A DNA stretch of 63,450 nucleotides, the filler included, from Octopus bimaculoides (lineage: Eukaryota), in the NCBI RefSeq assembly GCF_001194135.2. It is 4 parts of 4 records of this genome, joined end to end, with 100 filler letters (N's around TTAATTAATTAA, not from the genome) between each part and the next. Parts side by side here need not be neighbours in the genome. Positions count along the whole stretch, not along the records: positions 1 to 22,776 come from NC_068990.1; 3 more parts are not named here. The stretch is one strand, 5' to 3'. The notes beneath the pieces are model-generated. The model worked only from the letters and a program-made list of their open reading frames with translations, was not told the origin of the DNA and ran no database searches. Positions within the stretch are counted from its first letter, which is position 1. The number at the start of each line of letters is the position of its first letter. The position numbers were made by a program, and so were the translations under genes. Below, in pieces: positions 1 through 12,374 of this stretch.

Positions 1-54
1 CGTCGACGAGGTAGTTTGCAAGAGGGTGTCATATATATATATATATATATGTTA

Positions 55-362
55 TAGTGGGGTAGGCAAGTTATGGGGTTACCTTGGGTTTCTCACTCAT
101 AAGGGGTTTAGCCTTACGGTATATCTTCAAACACTGATGGCCTGAGACCTCTTTAAAATATGAAGGGGGAAAGGTCTCGTTTCTAAGGGTAAAACCCAGG
201 GTGATTATCTCCCTTTGCCATTGTCCATCGATCTTCAGCCATGCTGCCATCTTGTGGTCAGCATATTTTAAAGAGGTCTCAGGCCAGCTGTGTTTGGGGT
301 ATGAAGATATGCTGTAAGCGAGAAACCCAGGGTAACCCTATAAATCGGCCTACCCCACTTTA
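55..362. mobile_element. MITE with long terminal inverted repeats
   Basis: The left arm AGTGGGGTAGGC..GGGTTACCTTGGGTTTCTC..GGCCTGAGACCTCTTTAAAATATG is mirrored by CATATTTTAAAGAGGTCTCAGGCC..GAGAAACCCAGGGTAACCC..GCCTACCCCACT. TA-like flanks, no ORF. Confidence 0.75.
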
Positions 363-421
363 ATATTAACTGCTCTACATCTTAGAGTGTATTTCTCCTC
401 TGGATTTATGTATTTTTACAA

Positions 422-454
<33 letters not shown>

Positions 455-639
455 GTGAGAAAGAATCTTCGGATGTTGGGTCTCACAGAGAGGATAAGGA
501 CCAAGACTTCTAGTGGTTTGCTCTGCTTGAGAAGACACATCAAGCTAAGTAAAACTGTGAATGTCCATGCATACAGGCATGTCATCTACATCCCTCTCTC
601 AGCCGAGTGATCCTAATCTTGTGGGCTTGTGTGTGTTGA

Positions 640-960
640 TGCCATGTAAAAGCACTTGTGCTGGTGCTATGAGAAAACACCTATGCTAGTGCTATGTAAA
701 ACCAAGCATGCTGGTGTCACATAAAAGTGCCTGTGGCAGTGCCACATAAAAGCATTTAGCACGCTCTGTAAAATGGTTGGCATTAAGAAGGGCATCCAGC
801 CATAGAAACCATGCCAAAACAGACAAATGGAGCCTGGGCAGCTCTTCAGCTGACCAGCTGCTGTCAAAACCATCCAACCCATGTCAGCATGGAAAAGGGA
901 TGTTAAATGATGATGATGACGATAACGACGACAATAATGATGACGATGATGATGACGATA
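640..960 (+). mobile_element. 3' part of an octopus-type retroposon (tandem GTGCCACGTAAAAGCAC-like units, then a GAT tail)
   Basis: Degenerate ~23-nt tandem units at 655-765, followed by GTTGGCATTAAGAAGGGCATCCAGCCATAGAAACC..GTTAAATGATGATGATG, a typical RTE-like/SINE 3' end. Confidence 0.6.
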
Positions 961-1239
961 TATATATGGCACGTAAAAAGCACCATTTGAGTGTGGCTGA
1001 TGCCAGTACTGAAATAGTTGGTGCTACCAAATATATGACATCCAGGTCTTCTGACTTCCTCCTTATTCCAGACCTGATGGAGCTTGATATTGGAACCCTG
1101 TAAGGCTGGGAATTTTGTCCAGGTTTTCTAGACAAGGACCTTCAACCAAATTCTAGACCAATTCTCTGGTAGTGCTTTCTGATATTATCATACTGGTTTC
1201 TACAATACTAGTAATTTTTAGAGATGGGGATTGGTTGAT

Positions 1240-1400
1240 TCTACTGACCCAATGTTATGCCTGTACTTTATCCCACTGACCCTGAAAGGATGAGAGGCAA
1301 AGTTAACCCCAGCAGAAATTAAATTCAGAATGTAAACTACCCAGAAGAAATGCACCAAAAACATTTATTCTGGCACTTTAATGATTCTGCCAATTCACTG
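1240..1400 (-). mobile_element. tRNA-derived SINE, family A (degenerate)
   Basis: Reverse complement resembles the copies at 8446 and 51345 (GGCAGAA..TTCTGAATTTAA..CTTTCAGGG). Confidence 0.55.
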
Positions 1401-1629
1401 CTTAAAAATAATTGTTTCTAATTTGGGTAGCATTTTGAGGGAAGAATTTTATTCAAAACAATCAACTCCAGTATTTGGCTGGTATTTATTTTATAGACCA
1501 TGGAAAAGTGAAAGATAAAGTTGACCTTGATGGGATTTGAACTCATTCTCTATGCTACTATTCTGTCAATTCATTGCTTGAGAAACTGAAACTAGTGAGA
1601 CACTAAACAATATTTATTATTGGTCATTA

Positions 1630-2407
1630 GCTCTAACTTCCGGGGAAGGGGTATCCGTTTTCCGAGAAACGCACTGAATCATCAGGTGTAATTTCCTAGA
1701 CCTTGAGGGAATTTGAATTCTACACTCGTTGATAATGCTGTGTTCTCGGTAGTAACAGCTGTTAACTCTGTTTATGGTACATACAACTAGATGTACTGCA
1801 TTATCTTTGGTTAACAGAAATAAATAATATTTAAAAAGTGCTGGTGACGTGTTCGAACCTTCGATGAATAGGCTGAGGTCTTGTCTTATTTGTTATCGCA
1901 ACTCGAAAAAGCAAGCTAAAAGAAAGAAATAAGAACGAATATATAAATCAGTAACTATAGGAATATCAATGCTACCATCACTTAAACGAAAAACAGATTT
2001 GTCTATAGAACATGCTGTTTACTTATGTAGGCCAACATGAAAGAAAAAGCCAAACTATTTATTGGTATAGAAAAAGCAATTACAACTAGAAATCAAAATT
2101 TTGTGCAATATAAACTGAAAAGAAAACCCTTAAAAAAATAGCAAAATAAAACCCATCTGATAGTACATTAATAAATATGACAGACTAGTAAATAAACAAC
2201 CAGCATGACAGATGAAATAATTATGAAAGTGCGAGTCATACCAGCTGTATTGATTCTAATATAAAATATGATTGGTTGCATTGTTGCGAAAAGAGCCAAT
2301 CAAATGAGTTTTCTTACAAGCAAGTTAGGTTCGTAGCTTAAATGGCTTCTCCTTCTTGTCATGAAGTTTAGGTATCGTCTGTTACGGTTTGGATTGCCAA
2401 ATGCACA
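1630..2407 (+). promoter_or_regulatory. Putative RIC1 promoter / 5' region (CpG-retaining, with CCAAT boxes and an ETS-like site)
   Basis: ACTTCCGG near 1636; GATTGGTT near 2270 and GCCAATCA near 2295, about 110-140 bp upstream of the ATG. CpGs are frequent here but scarce on both flanks. Confidence 0.5.
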
Positions 2408-2548
2408 ATGTATTTCCCCCTGGGGTGGCCGAAATACCTGAAGCTAATACCCGATAAATCTTCATGTCCCCATTTCATTGCCAGCAACTGTAATCGTATG
2501 CTTTTTGCTGTGCTGTCAGAAAATACGCTGAGTATATGGTACTGCCGG
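2408..2548 (+). CDS. RIC1: RIC1 (Rab6 GEF complex subunit), first coding exon; later exons not in this scaffold
   Basis: Translates to MYFPLGWPKYLKLIPDKSSCPHFIASNCNRMLFAVLSENTLSIWYCR, matching the RIC1 N-terminus (human MYFLSGWPKRL...FAVL...LSIWYSR). It ends in a phase-0 donor CGG|GTGAGT followed by a pyrimidine-rich intron. Confidence 0.93.
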
Positions 2549-3109
2549 GTGAGTAACATTGTCCCCCTCTCTGTTCATCTCTACATTCCTCTTTCCCCCT
2601 CTCTCTATTTCTTTATCACTCTCTCTCTTTATTATTCTTCTCGGTTTGTTTTCACAACTTAACCTTCATTTTCCTAATTGCTTTAATGTGTTGATGTTGA
2701 TTATAATGCCCGTGTTGACAATCTCGTCTGCACTCTACCCTTCTTTTTAGCTGTATTTCTTTAATAAAAATGGTTTCTTCCTTTATTTCGTGAATTAAAC
2801 CACTCCAATGAATCCTGGAATGCTTCCATCCATTCCCACTTCATATTTTCCTTATACATATTTTCCGTTGTCTCTGTCTCTATGTCACACGCACATACAC
2901 ACAACCGCCTCGTGTGTGTGTTTGTGTGAGACAATCAATTTGATATTGGATATTTGAATCAGGATCGTTTTACAATTGAAATAAATTCATCATATAAAGA
3001 TGATATATGACACGGAGATACACGTTTTACCGACAGGAACTGGTCCACATTATATATATATCTATAATATTTTTACATAAAGAATCTTACAAACCAGATA
3101 CAAAAACGA

Positions 3110-3158
<49 letters not shown>

Positions 3159-4654
3159 NNNNNNNNNNNNNNNNNNNNNNNNNNTATATATACACATATA
3201 TATTTATATAAACACATATATATTTATATAAACACACATACAGTTAATATAAGACAGCTTGCCACGCCAATATTGACATTAAACAGATCTATTTCTTATT
3301 CTTTCATTTCTTTTCTGTTTACAATGTGCCAGGCATTTTACGTATGAAAATACGTAAAATATAGATTTTGTTTTTGTTGAAATCCATAGTTTAATTATTT
3401 CGGGGTTATGATAAAAAAAAAATGGTTATTGTTTTGTAAAGTTCTTCCTTTTCTCAAGATGTGAGTGGTTGTCAAACTCTTTGGTCCTCTCCTTCACCGG
3501 AAGAGTTGACATTCTTACCAGCGATTCATATATCATTCTGTATTGAAACAGACAGATATTTACGCACATACGGATGCATACACACTCACACAGTTTAACA
3601 CGTGTGATGGAAGTCTGGTATTCAGGTGACAGTTTAGCACCGCATTGTAACCACTTAAAAGAACTTCCTACTAGGAACGAAATGCCCAATTTCAACCTCT
3701 GTATTTCCCGTCGCTCACTTGCCACCATGGCATGGAAGAAAGCACAAATAATAACAAAGCAGCTGGAAGAGTCTTTTTGGATTATTGTTTAGTCGCCACA
3801 TATTTGTAAAACGCAGACACATTCACACACACACACACACACGTTCACCCATACGCTCATAACTTACACGTATACACAGTGTGCCTGAAGTGGTCGGTTT
3901 CGTGCTGAAATGAACAACTTGTACTGGTCTTATCTCTCCCTCCCCATCGACATTACATCCCACATTCCTGGTGATGTTATGTAGTTGCTTGACTTGACAA
4001 TCTGGATCAGCTGCTTTTATTAGAAAGAATAACGACCATGACTACGACCACAATGATAATATGGAAGCGGTAGCAGTATTAACAGGAGCAGTAACAATAA
4101 TGATGGATATGGGGATAATGATTATTATTAATGAGAATTTAGATTTGATTCTAGAATGACAAATACCGGTCATAAGTAAGATGATAGTGCCTTCTGACAA
4201 TGAAAAATTCGGGTATAAGATAAAATGGGGATAGTACAAAGGTTGAATACAATAGAAAACAAACAGTGGAGAGGATTTACATCAATTAAAGGAGCGAAAT
4301 CAACTATAACAATAGATATAATAATAAATAGCACTAAATAGCTGTGTAGAAAGATACCCCAAATGGAGCTGGGCAACTGTACAGGGTAATGTGGAACATC
4401 CCTCAGACTACCTTAATACACAGAATGCAAATGTCTTTTCACAGTTTTTGTCACAGATCTACAGTCACATAGAGTAGACCCATTTAATCATGCTAATTTC
4501 ACCACTCTTACGTGTTTTATGATTTACTGGAGGGAAGCATCGTCTTCCTAAAGTGGTACTTGAAGTTGATGAGGGCTTGGCATGAGAAGGATAACTCTGT
4601 CCTTAAAACTTTCAACAGCATCCATTACTCACTTTTCTTTGTTATAACCATTAG

Positions 4655-5190
4655 TTAGAAGAAAACTACCTGCTCTCTCTTGTTAAAAGAAGGTGGTTGG
4701 TTGATTTTCATAGACTTGACTTCTAGCTGACTCCATCCTGTATGCCATAATATAACAATACAAATCAGCAATGCACAGATAGTAAACAAGAGTGTGATGG
4801 ACAATTTCATCACTCTGCGTGTGTCTGTGATAGTTCTGGTTGTTTTCAGGGACAGTTGTCTTTCAGCCCATTTCTGAGTGTGACTGGTCACCTTGCTCAC
4901 AAAAATTCTTCACCTGGAGATCTGATCTGCAGCAAACCCCAGGCACCTTAACTGGACCTGTGGTCCAGGAATAGAAACCACTGTCCCACATGGACTTAGC
5001 TTTCCATGTGTCAAGCTGCAAGCTCACTGACTTGTCCCAGGTAGTGCATGTTTCCATCACTTCCTGGTACTCTTTCAGACTGGTTACTACCATCTTGATT
5101 TCCAGTGTATCCAGCAATATGATGGTGACATCCTCTCCAGATACTGACATAGCTTTCCTGTGACCCAGTTGGAGAGGGGTTTCCCATCAA
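4655..5190 (-). mobile_element. Decayed L1/Tx1-clade LINE reverse transcriptase fragment
   Basis: AMSVSGEDVTII..LKEYQEV..DKSVSLQLDTWKAKSM..WTTGPVKVPGV..DLQV..QKWAERQLSLK aligns by eye to the Tx1 VSAYADDVTII..KSVGLQLGTWRGK..GPVKLLGVWFG region. YADD is destroyed and there are frameshifts. Confidence 0.72.
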
Positions 5191-5752
5191 TATCTCCAAA
5201 ATAATGATGGTAATTTATTTTTAAAACATTATGATGTATTGCATAATTAAGTGCAATGGGCTCAGTTTAATATACTGTTCCCATCTCTAAAATTTGATCT
5301 TGTGCCTTAGAGTTTATATTTTTTGGGTGATGGATTGGCAGAAATGATTGTGTGCTGTAGTCAAGCAGTATTTACTTCTGTCTTTACACTATGTATTCAA
5401 ATTCTGCTATGGTTGATTTTGTTATGTCTCTAAGGTTCTTAAACTAATTACAAGTCATTGATTCAATTGATTGTTATTTTCTTTTTATCCAAATTTGTGG
5501 CCTTGTGCCAAAGATAGAAATCATTAATTATATCAGTTATGAAAGTGGTGGAATTGTGCATCAGATTAGACTCCTAAGAATATTTAATTCTTCTTCTCTA
5601 TGATCCAAGTTCAAAGGCCCACGGCGGGTGGGGGGATACTGTTTGCTTTTTATCTTTCCAGGACAGATGAATTAAACACTGGAGTCATGAGTTTAATTCG
5701 TGTGTGGTGTTAACATTTTGTTACTGCTGAGTTGTCAAAACAAATACTAGTA

Positions 5753-6039
5753 CAGGTACAACACCGACTTTCTGGTCACTGATGGTCTGGAACCAAAAGC
5801 TTAACATTTCTGCAGCTACCAGACTTGTTTACTGGGCAGCCCTGTTTCACATTTACTTTATACAGGACAGTACTAATAAACTTGTATCATTAATATTAAT
5901 GTTCAAGTACCTTTATCTCATTTAATTAAATAAATTTAATATTTGTTTTATCTTAGTGCTAACCATCCCTGATTCAGAAAAATCAGTTATCTAGAAAGGC
6001 TTTGGAACCAAAGTTTCTGGAAAATCAGTGTTGTATCTA
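5753..6039. mobile_element. Tigger/pogo-like MITE
   Basis: TA|CAGGTACAACACCGACTTTCTGG, with the imperfect inverse CTGGAAAATCAGTGTTGTATCT at the right end. Confidence 0.5.
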
Positions 6040-7639
6040 TGTCATATAATTCAGCTACATTCCTCTTCATCTCACTACATGCTTTTCAGTTGACTAAATC
6101 CCTCCCCATTATAATTCTGTGGCCTTATTAATTAGAGTACTGGAGTTACAGAAACAGTAGAATGATGAATTAAATATTTTGTCATATATTCCTTTCACTT
6201 TTGGGTTCAAATCTAAGTGAGGTTGACTTATTCATTCATCTCTCAATAAAATAGGAGCTAGTCATGTAAATTCAATTGCTATATCCCCATCATATCATAT
6301 TTGTGGCATTGGATAGAAAGATGTGTAAATGCATAGGCATTCAGAATAATGGAAAACAAAATACAGAATTATGGTATGAATGTCTTTCTTAAGAGAAGTC
6401 ATTTTAAAGAATGAATGAGAATAATGGTAAAATACTTTTACGCTTTATAGAATTAGCTTTTTATTATGTTATCATTCTCAGAGATATTTACTCAGGAAAA
6501 TTTTGTAATCCAAGTAATTCCTTATGTTTTTTTTTTTTTTTTTTTCACTGTTTAGCATTTTGTCTGTATTTTTGCTAAATATGCATTATTTTCATTGCAT
6601 TAGTCTAGCTGAAACTAAATAGACTTTACAATTCTGATAAAAGTCATATTAGCTCAAATTAATTTCTTGAAACTGAACACGTGTCTAGTACCAAACGTAT
6701 CTTCTGTTTATTACATCTACAAGAACTGGAGTGATAGTTCTGTCTTCCTTTAAAACTCTGTAGCTTCCTGTGAATGGAGGTTGAAAAAAAAACAAGCAAA
6801 AAAACCCATGACCCTTTTCTCTGATTTGTTTTCCTTCCCTCTCCCATGGAATTTTTCTTTTAATATTTCTCTCCTTCCTTAGGGCTATGTATATTCCTTT
6901 TTTTTTTTAATGAGGATTTTATTGTAAATTAACCGACTATTTTTCAACTGCATCCTGTGTGAGATTTAATGTATATCAATAATTGAAAACCAACTAACTT
7001 GTAAAGAATGTTTTTTATTTTTAACCACTTCAGTACTGTACAGCACATGGGTCCATCTACACCTGCTATGTTCAATGGTTTCTGGGCTTGCTTAACAAGA
7101 AGTAATTGCTAGCCTCTGACTCAACCCTCATCTTTTCTTGAAGAAAAAGAACATTGAGAGTGGTCCCTCAAAACTCTAGTGCAGTGTAGCTGATTCTGAG
7201 AGAAGAAGAAGAATCAACTCTGGTACTTGGCAGGTACTCTGTTTATTGACTCTGGAAGGACGAAAGCATAGTTGGCCTTGGTGGGGTTGGAACACAGAAT
7301 ACTAAAACTGATGTAAGGATTGTGCCAAATGACTGTTTTTTATAAATGTTATCATCCTCCTCCTCCTCCTCATCATCATAACATCTACTTTTCCATGCTT
7401 GCATGGGTCAGAGTATATTCATTGAGGCTGGTTTTCTATGGCTGGATACTCTTCCTGTTTCCAAGTAAGATAATATTTCTCCAAGGATGAACATGTTTTC
7501 ATGGATTATTGGAAATGAGGGATACTGCCTGTATGATAGAGATGCTCATTTATGTTACATAATTTCCAGACAAGGGAAGACACACACACACACACGCATA
7601 CTCACACACACAGACACACACACACACACACACATCATC

Positions 7640-8104
7640 CATGGGTTATCGGAGGATGTGCAGATTAGTTACTGTTCAGTTCAGTTGATTATTACTGAAG
7701 ATTTGGATATGAGATGCATGTCTGCCAAGTTTGTGCCAAAACTGCCTTCAGCTGACCAAAAAGACACTCGGGTTTCAGTTGCACAAGGTCTCCTTGATTG
7801 TCTCGAGAACCATGCGAACTTTTTAAAAACTTTGCATAGGCCTCTGAGTAGGTATCGCCAAGCTTTTGGCAAAATTTGATACAAATTCTCTGCTCATCTT
7901 TCTTTGCCATGGTCAATGTGATGATCACACACTACACACCTTCCTTCCAAGCACTGCTGTAAACAGCAGAAGTGAGCTAGAACATTAAAACTTAGTGTGT
8001 ATGCACAGCAGAGGTCAAGGTCAATTTATGCCAAGCAGCATTCACCTGCATGCTTTAGCTTCATTACTATGGCAATAGTCTGGATATTTCATGATCAGAC
8101 CATG
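7640..8104. mobile_element. Non-autonomous mariner derivative (5' end fused to an inverted 5' end), left-truncated copy
   Basis: + strand LSEDVQISYCSVQLIITEDLDMRCMSAKFVPKL..DQKDTRV..NFLKTL joins directly to - strand EQRICIKFCQKLG; ends in a mariner TIR plus TA at 8105. Same junction as the copy at 33065-33922. Confidence 0.8.
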
Positions 8105-8233
8105 TATGCATCTCTTCTATTCAACTCTCTCCTTCAACTCCTTGCAACATTTATACATATTTATAAATAATTCCATTTTATTTGTAGAATTTTAGGAACT
8201 GAAACTTCATAATCAGAGAGGTTCAGCCCCTAA

Positions 8234-8295
8234 CATAGTCTAGACTATTTTCATAGTCTAGACTATTTTCATAGTCTAGACTATTTTCATAGTCT
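8234..8295. repeat. 18-bp tandem repeat (CATAGTCTAGACTATTTT), about 3.4 units
   Basis: Units start at 8234, 8252, 8270 and 8288. Each full unit contains the perfect palindrome ATAGTCTAGACTAT. Confidence 0.9.
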
Positions 8296-8304
8296 TGACA
8301 CTAA

Positions 8305-8759
8305 CCTTTTAGCACTCAGATTATTCTGCCAAAAGTAATACTTATTTACTTATATTGTTTTGAATTAAATATATATTATCTTATAGCTTTGAAATTTTGA
8401 TGATGTGATTGTAGTTTTTAGTATGTCATTGCCAAGTAGATGTGCAGTGAGCTGGCAGAAACATTAGACGCTGGGCGAAATGCTTAGCGGTATGTCGTCT
8501 GTCTTTACGTTCAGAGTTCAAATTCCACCGAGGTCGACTTTGCCTTTCATCCTTTCGGGGTAGATAAATTAAGTACCAGTTACACACTGGGGTCAATGTA
8601 ATCAACTTAATCCCTTTGTCTGTCCTTGTTTGTCCCGTCTATGTTTAGCCCCTTGTGGGCAATAAAGAAATAAAATGTGAGAGGTCAAATCTGGCCAGTT
8701 TGAGCAAAAAAACCGGTAGAATATTTTGGCTGGATATGGCCAGTTTAAATGCTAAAGGG
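8305..8759. mobile_element. piggyBac-type MITE interrupted by a SINE
   Basis: Termini TAA|CCTTTTAGCA ... TGCTAAAGGG|TTA (degenerate TTAA). A SINE sits at 8446-8672 inside it. Confidence 0.55.
8446..8672 (+). mobile_element. tRNA-derived SINE, family A
   Basis: GAGCTGGCAGAA..GGGCGAAATGCTTAGCGG..GAGTTCAAATTCC..ACTGGGGTCAATGTAATC; multiple copies in the window. Confidence 0.85.
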
Positions 8760-10297
8760 TTACAGCCCCTCTTCTGATCTTATTTGTTTGACTAGTTCAG
8801 CCAAATGAAGCAAATTGGTATTTATCATTAATCATTATTATAATTCATTGATAATATTTATTCTTAAAGTTTTATATTTTGAGTGTTTTATATGATCATA
8901 GCCAAACCATACTAATAAGGAGGAAGAGTTTCTGTTTTTAACTGAATGTTCAAGTAAACTGAGAACAGGGGTTAATATCGCATACATATATGATTTTGGA
9001 AAGGTATGTACTGTTCCTGATAAACCTATTGTGTGGTATAGCGATTTGAGGGTTGTGCTCACTATTGGTACGTTGTGGGCTCTGTTCTTAGTTTGGGTCA
9101 CATATTGTGTTCTTGAGTAAGGCATTTCATTTCTTACTGCTCAAGTCCACTCAGCTAAAATGAACATTAGCAATAGCTGACAAACTGTGTGACAGACCGG
9201 CATCCTGTTCAGGAGTAGTTTTGTACGCTCAATTGCTTAAGTGAATTGCTTAAGGAAACCAGGATATGTTCTGCACTAGTGGGCTGGTTGGTTTGGATCA
9301 GACTTGATAAATCTGATAGACAGTAACATAAATGCAGGAAATACTGTAAATATCATATAATTATATAACACTTAAAAATATATACTCTATGAAATATCTA
9401 ACATTAAAGTATGCAAAAATTAAAAAAGTTAATATTGTAAATTGTTAACTTCATTTACATGTGGAAAATGATAGATGAGCTTGATATGGTAGAGGCAGAT
9501 TGTCAATGTGAGTTAGTGCAGTCCTGATGTTCCTTTGGTCCTCACTTCTGAGATGACTGAGGAGGGCCTAAGTCAACATCATCAGTGGGCTTATCAACTG
9601 TGGCAGGTTTGGGACAAACTGGTTTGAAGAAAGAGTTGAGTTTCAGCTTACCTTGCTGATGCTGTCTCTAGATAATGAGTTTTTTTAAGGTTCCAAGATG
9701 TTGATAATATTTCTGAACATTAGTTTCTGTTGATGAGTTAGTTTATAAAATGACAAAGGATTTTCATATATCAGAATTTGATAGTTCATCTCCATCCTCA
9801 CAATCTCTGCTGTTACCAACAAGAAATTCTTTCATTATTTCTTTTTCTGTTAGCATGTAATATCCAAGTTAAAATTTTGTCTCCTAGCCAGGTTCTGACA
9901 TTTTTTGCGACATCTATTTTGCCTGTCCTTTGGAGTATATGATGAAAATCCTTTGTCTCATATACTTCAAAAACGTATCCTACTGCCATGTCACCCAAAA
10001 GTTTTTTCTGGTTGTTGGTTAGAATGGTAGTCTTCAGTGGTTTCTATGATGCAGCTAAATTGGATAATACAGGATTTGAGGTTGTAGTTCTTGATGCTAC
10101 TGAGAGTTCTTTGTTCTTATCCTTTTTCTCTAAGATCATCCTTTTCTTTCACCATTAGTGCTTTCTCCTCATCAGTAGAAGATTTGAGGACAGCTTGTTA
10201 CCATAGGAATGAAATGTGAGAAAACTTGCTCATTAAAAATGTGTATGTTAAATCACAATTTATTAGGATAACATGCTGACAGATAGTGCATTATGTC

Positions 10298-11239
10298 TGT
10301 GACGGCCATGTGACCAGTGCATCGCACGCTCGACACATATAAAACAACGAAATGAAGGTTAAATGAGTATAAGTGCCAAGAAGGAAAAGAGAGACACAAC
10401 CGGTGAAAGATTTAAGAGAAAGGTTTTATTGATATGTCAACTTGTATGTCTGTGTGTGTGTGAGTGTAACATAATAAACACAATAATAGACAGGCCGTCA
10501 TATAAACTGGATGTATGTGTATACAAACATGTATGTGTGTGCAAGAAATACGGAGTATAGAAAAGAACATTAGAAGAAAGTCCAGGCACAAGGATGGGAA
10601 AATACGAGTTCGTATCCAATGGTACACTGTAGTTGAAGTGCTGAACCAAGAAGTTGTGGCGGCAAGGCAGAGCCGAAGAGACACATGTCATGAGAAGTTG
10701 AGGCTTCAATGCTGCGGCTGGTTACTTGGTACAGGAGTTCTCGCAGTTTGTATTTGCTGTTAACCATGGTGAAGCATTTCACAAACAGCGTGGAGAAAGT
10801 TGTGCAAGCGTTGCTGGTTGGTGTGTACGTAGAGAAGTTGGTGTAGACGCTGGTGGTGGCGACGAAGGATTTTGCAGTAAACAGTTGAGCAAAGTGTTGG
10901 ATCTCCAATGAAGCTGTGACGTGTCGTCTCTGGAACTGGCTGTGTGCTCTGAGGTCAGCGGCTAGACCCCAGAAGGTCTAGAACCAGACTGACAACCGAG
11001 ACGCTGTAACAGCTAGCTATTTATAAGATACCATTGGCTCAAACAGGGGTTCAGAAAGACTGTCCCACGAGACCTTATCTGAAGGCTGCGATTGGTTGGG
11101 TTGCACCCTGGCGCGAGTTAGGACAAGAGACAAAAATATGCCAATACCAACCAATCAGAGTGGTGAGCACAACAGGGTCCAAAGATGCGGCTGAAGACTA
11201 GCTGTTAACCACTACGTTCGCACTCATGTATATATAACA
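10298..11239 (-). mobile_element. Solo LTR-like element (~940 bp)
   Basis: TGT...ACA termini. On the - strand there are CCAAT boxes (11091, 11033), TATAAATA (11018-11025) and AATAAA (10425-10430) in U3-R-U5 order. CpG-rich compared with the flanks. No TSD is visible. Confidence 0.65.
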
Positions 11240-11339
11240 GAGAGAGAGAGAAGTATGCTACATGTCTTTCAAGTCTCATGATGTGCTAGTTTCCCATGAC
11301 CATAACTTTATAAATTTCTAAGTTGTCTCTGTAGGCACA

Positions 11340-11930
11340 GTACTATGCTGAAAAATGTTCCTCATTTAATTTACAACCTGGTGTGGAGGTTCCATTTTAA
11401 AAGCTTGGTTAATGTACAGCCAGTACAGCTCAATTGCATTTCCTTTATACATGGAGCAAATTAGGGGCCTTCTCAACTTAGTCATTTTTTTTTTTCTTGA
11501 ATGATTCAGTTTCTTTGGTTTGTGTGCTCCTTGCTTCATCTTCGGCAATTTCATTATCCATTTCATTGTGATTTCTAAATTACCATAACTACCTGTCACT
11601 AGCTGTGAAACTGGATGTTGTTACCCTTGGATTGTTGATGGTTAAACTACTTCATCAGTGTCTTTTCAACATTGATATGTTTTGAAATTCACATATGCTT
11701 CCTTGTACCAACAAATAATGATTTAGCATTTACATCAACATTATATTTCAAATGAAATAACCATGCATATGTCTGCAAACTGTTTACTTTTCACACCATA
11801 CTTTTTACAAACTCTTTATCATCAAAGCACAAGCCTGTAACTTCCTTATACATTCCAGTTTCTGGTTTGCAGACAGGGCCACACATTTCTTTAGATGATT
11901 TCTCTCTCATGAGACTATGATATAAAATAC
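11340..11930 (-). mobile_element. Decayed Tigger/pogo-like (CENP-B HTH) transposase remnant, internally deleted
   Basis: KCVALSANQKLECIRKLQ..KYNVDV..RKHM..EKTLMK*FNHQQSKG resembles a pogo/TIGD N-terminus, followed by an acidic C-terminal-like stretch. Many stops. Confidence 0.5.
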
Positions 11931-12374
11931 AAAGCTGAAAGATTCCTAATCACTGAAATATCCGTGGATATAGCAAGGGAACACAACATATGGTAGTTAT
12001 TGTCATGGTGTCCACTGTACTATTATGCCAAATCTGCAAGTATGCCATATGTATTCCTTAAAAATACACATTCTTGCTTTATGCTACTTTGACCTGACTT
12101 AAATATTGCTTCTGAGTGTGTATTATTAAATTTGAAAACAAAATCACTGCTAGATTATATAAAGAAGCCATTAGAACAGAATTATTTTTGAGAAATCAGT
12201 TAATCAATAAATTTTCAGTGAATTATACATTCAACTTCTTGCCACAAAAATGTACTGTTTATTAGAGGGGAGTGTGAAAGTAAATAAGAAATAATCCTAT
12301 ACAAGTACTATAGATGAAAAGTTGCAGGGAGATCAGTTTCCAATCTTAGGTGGGTGTGCAGCACTCACCTAGCA

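Noticed and set aside
655-765. Short spaced repeats resembling a CRISPR array
   Set aside because: These are degenerate tandem units of a eukaryotic retroposon, with no unique spacers and no cas genes.
10570-10908. 112-aa ORF inside the solo LTR
   Set aside because: It starts at TTG, has no recognisable motif and is of a length that can arise by chance.
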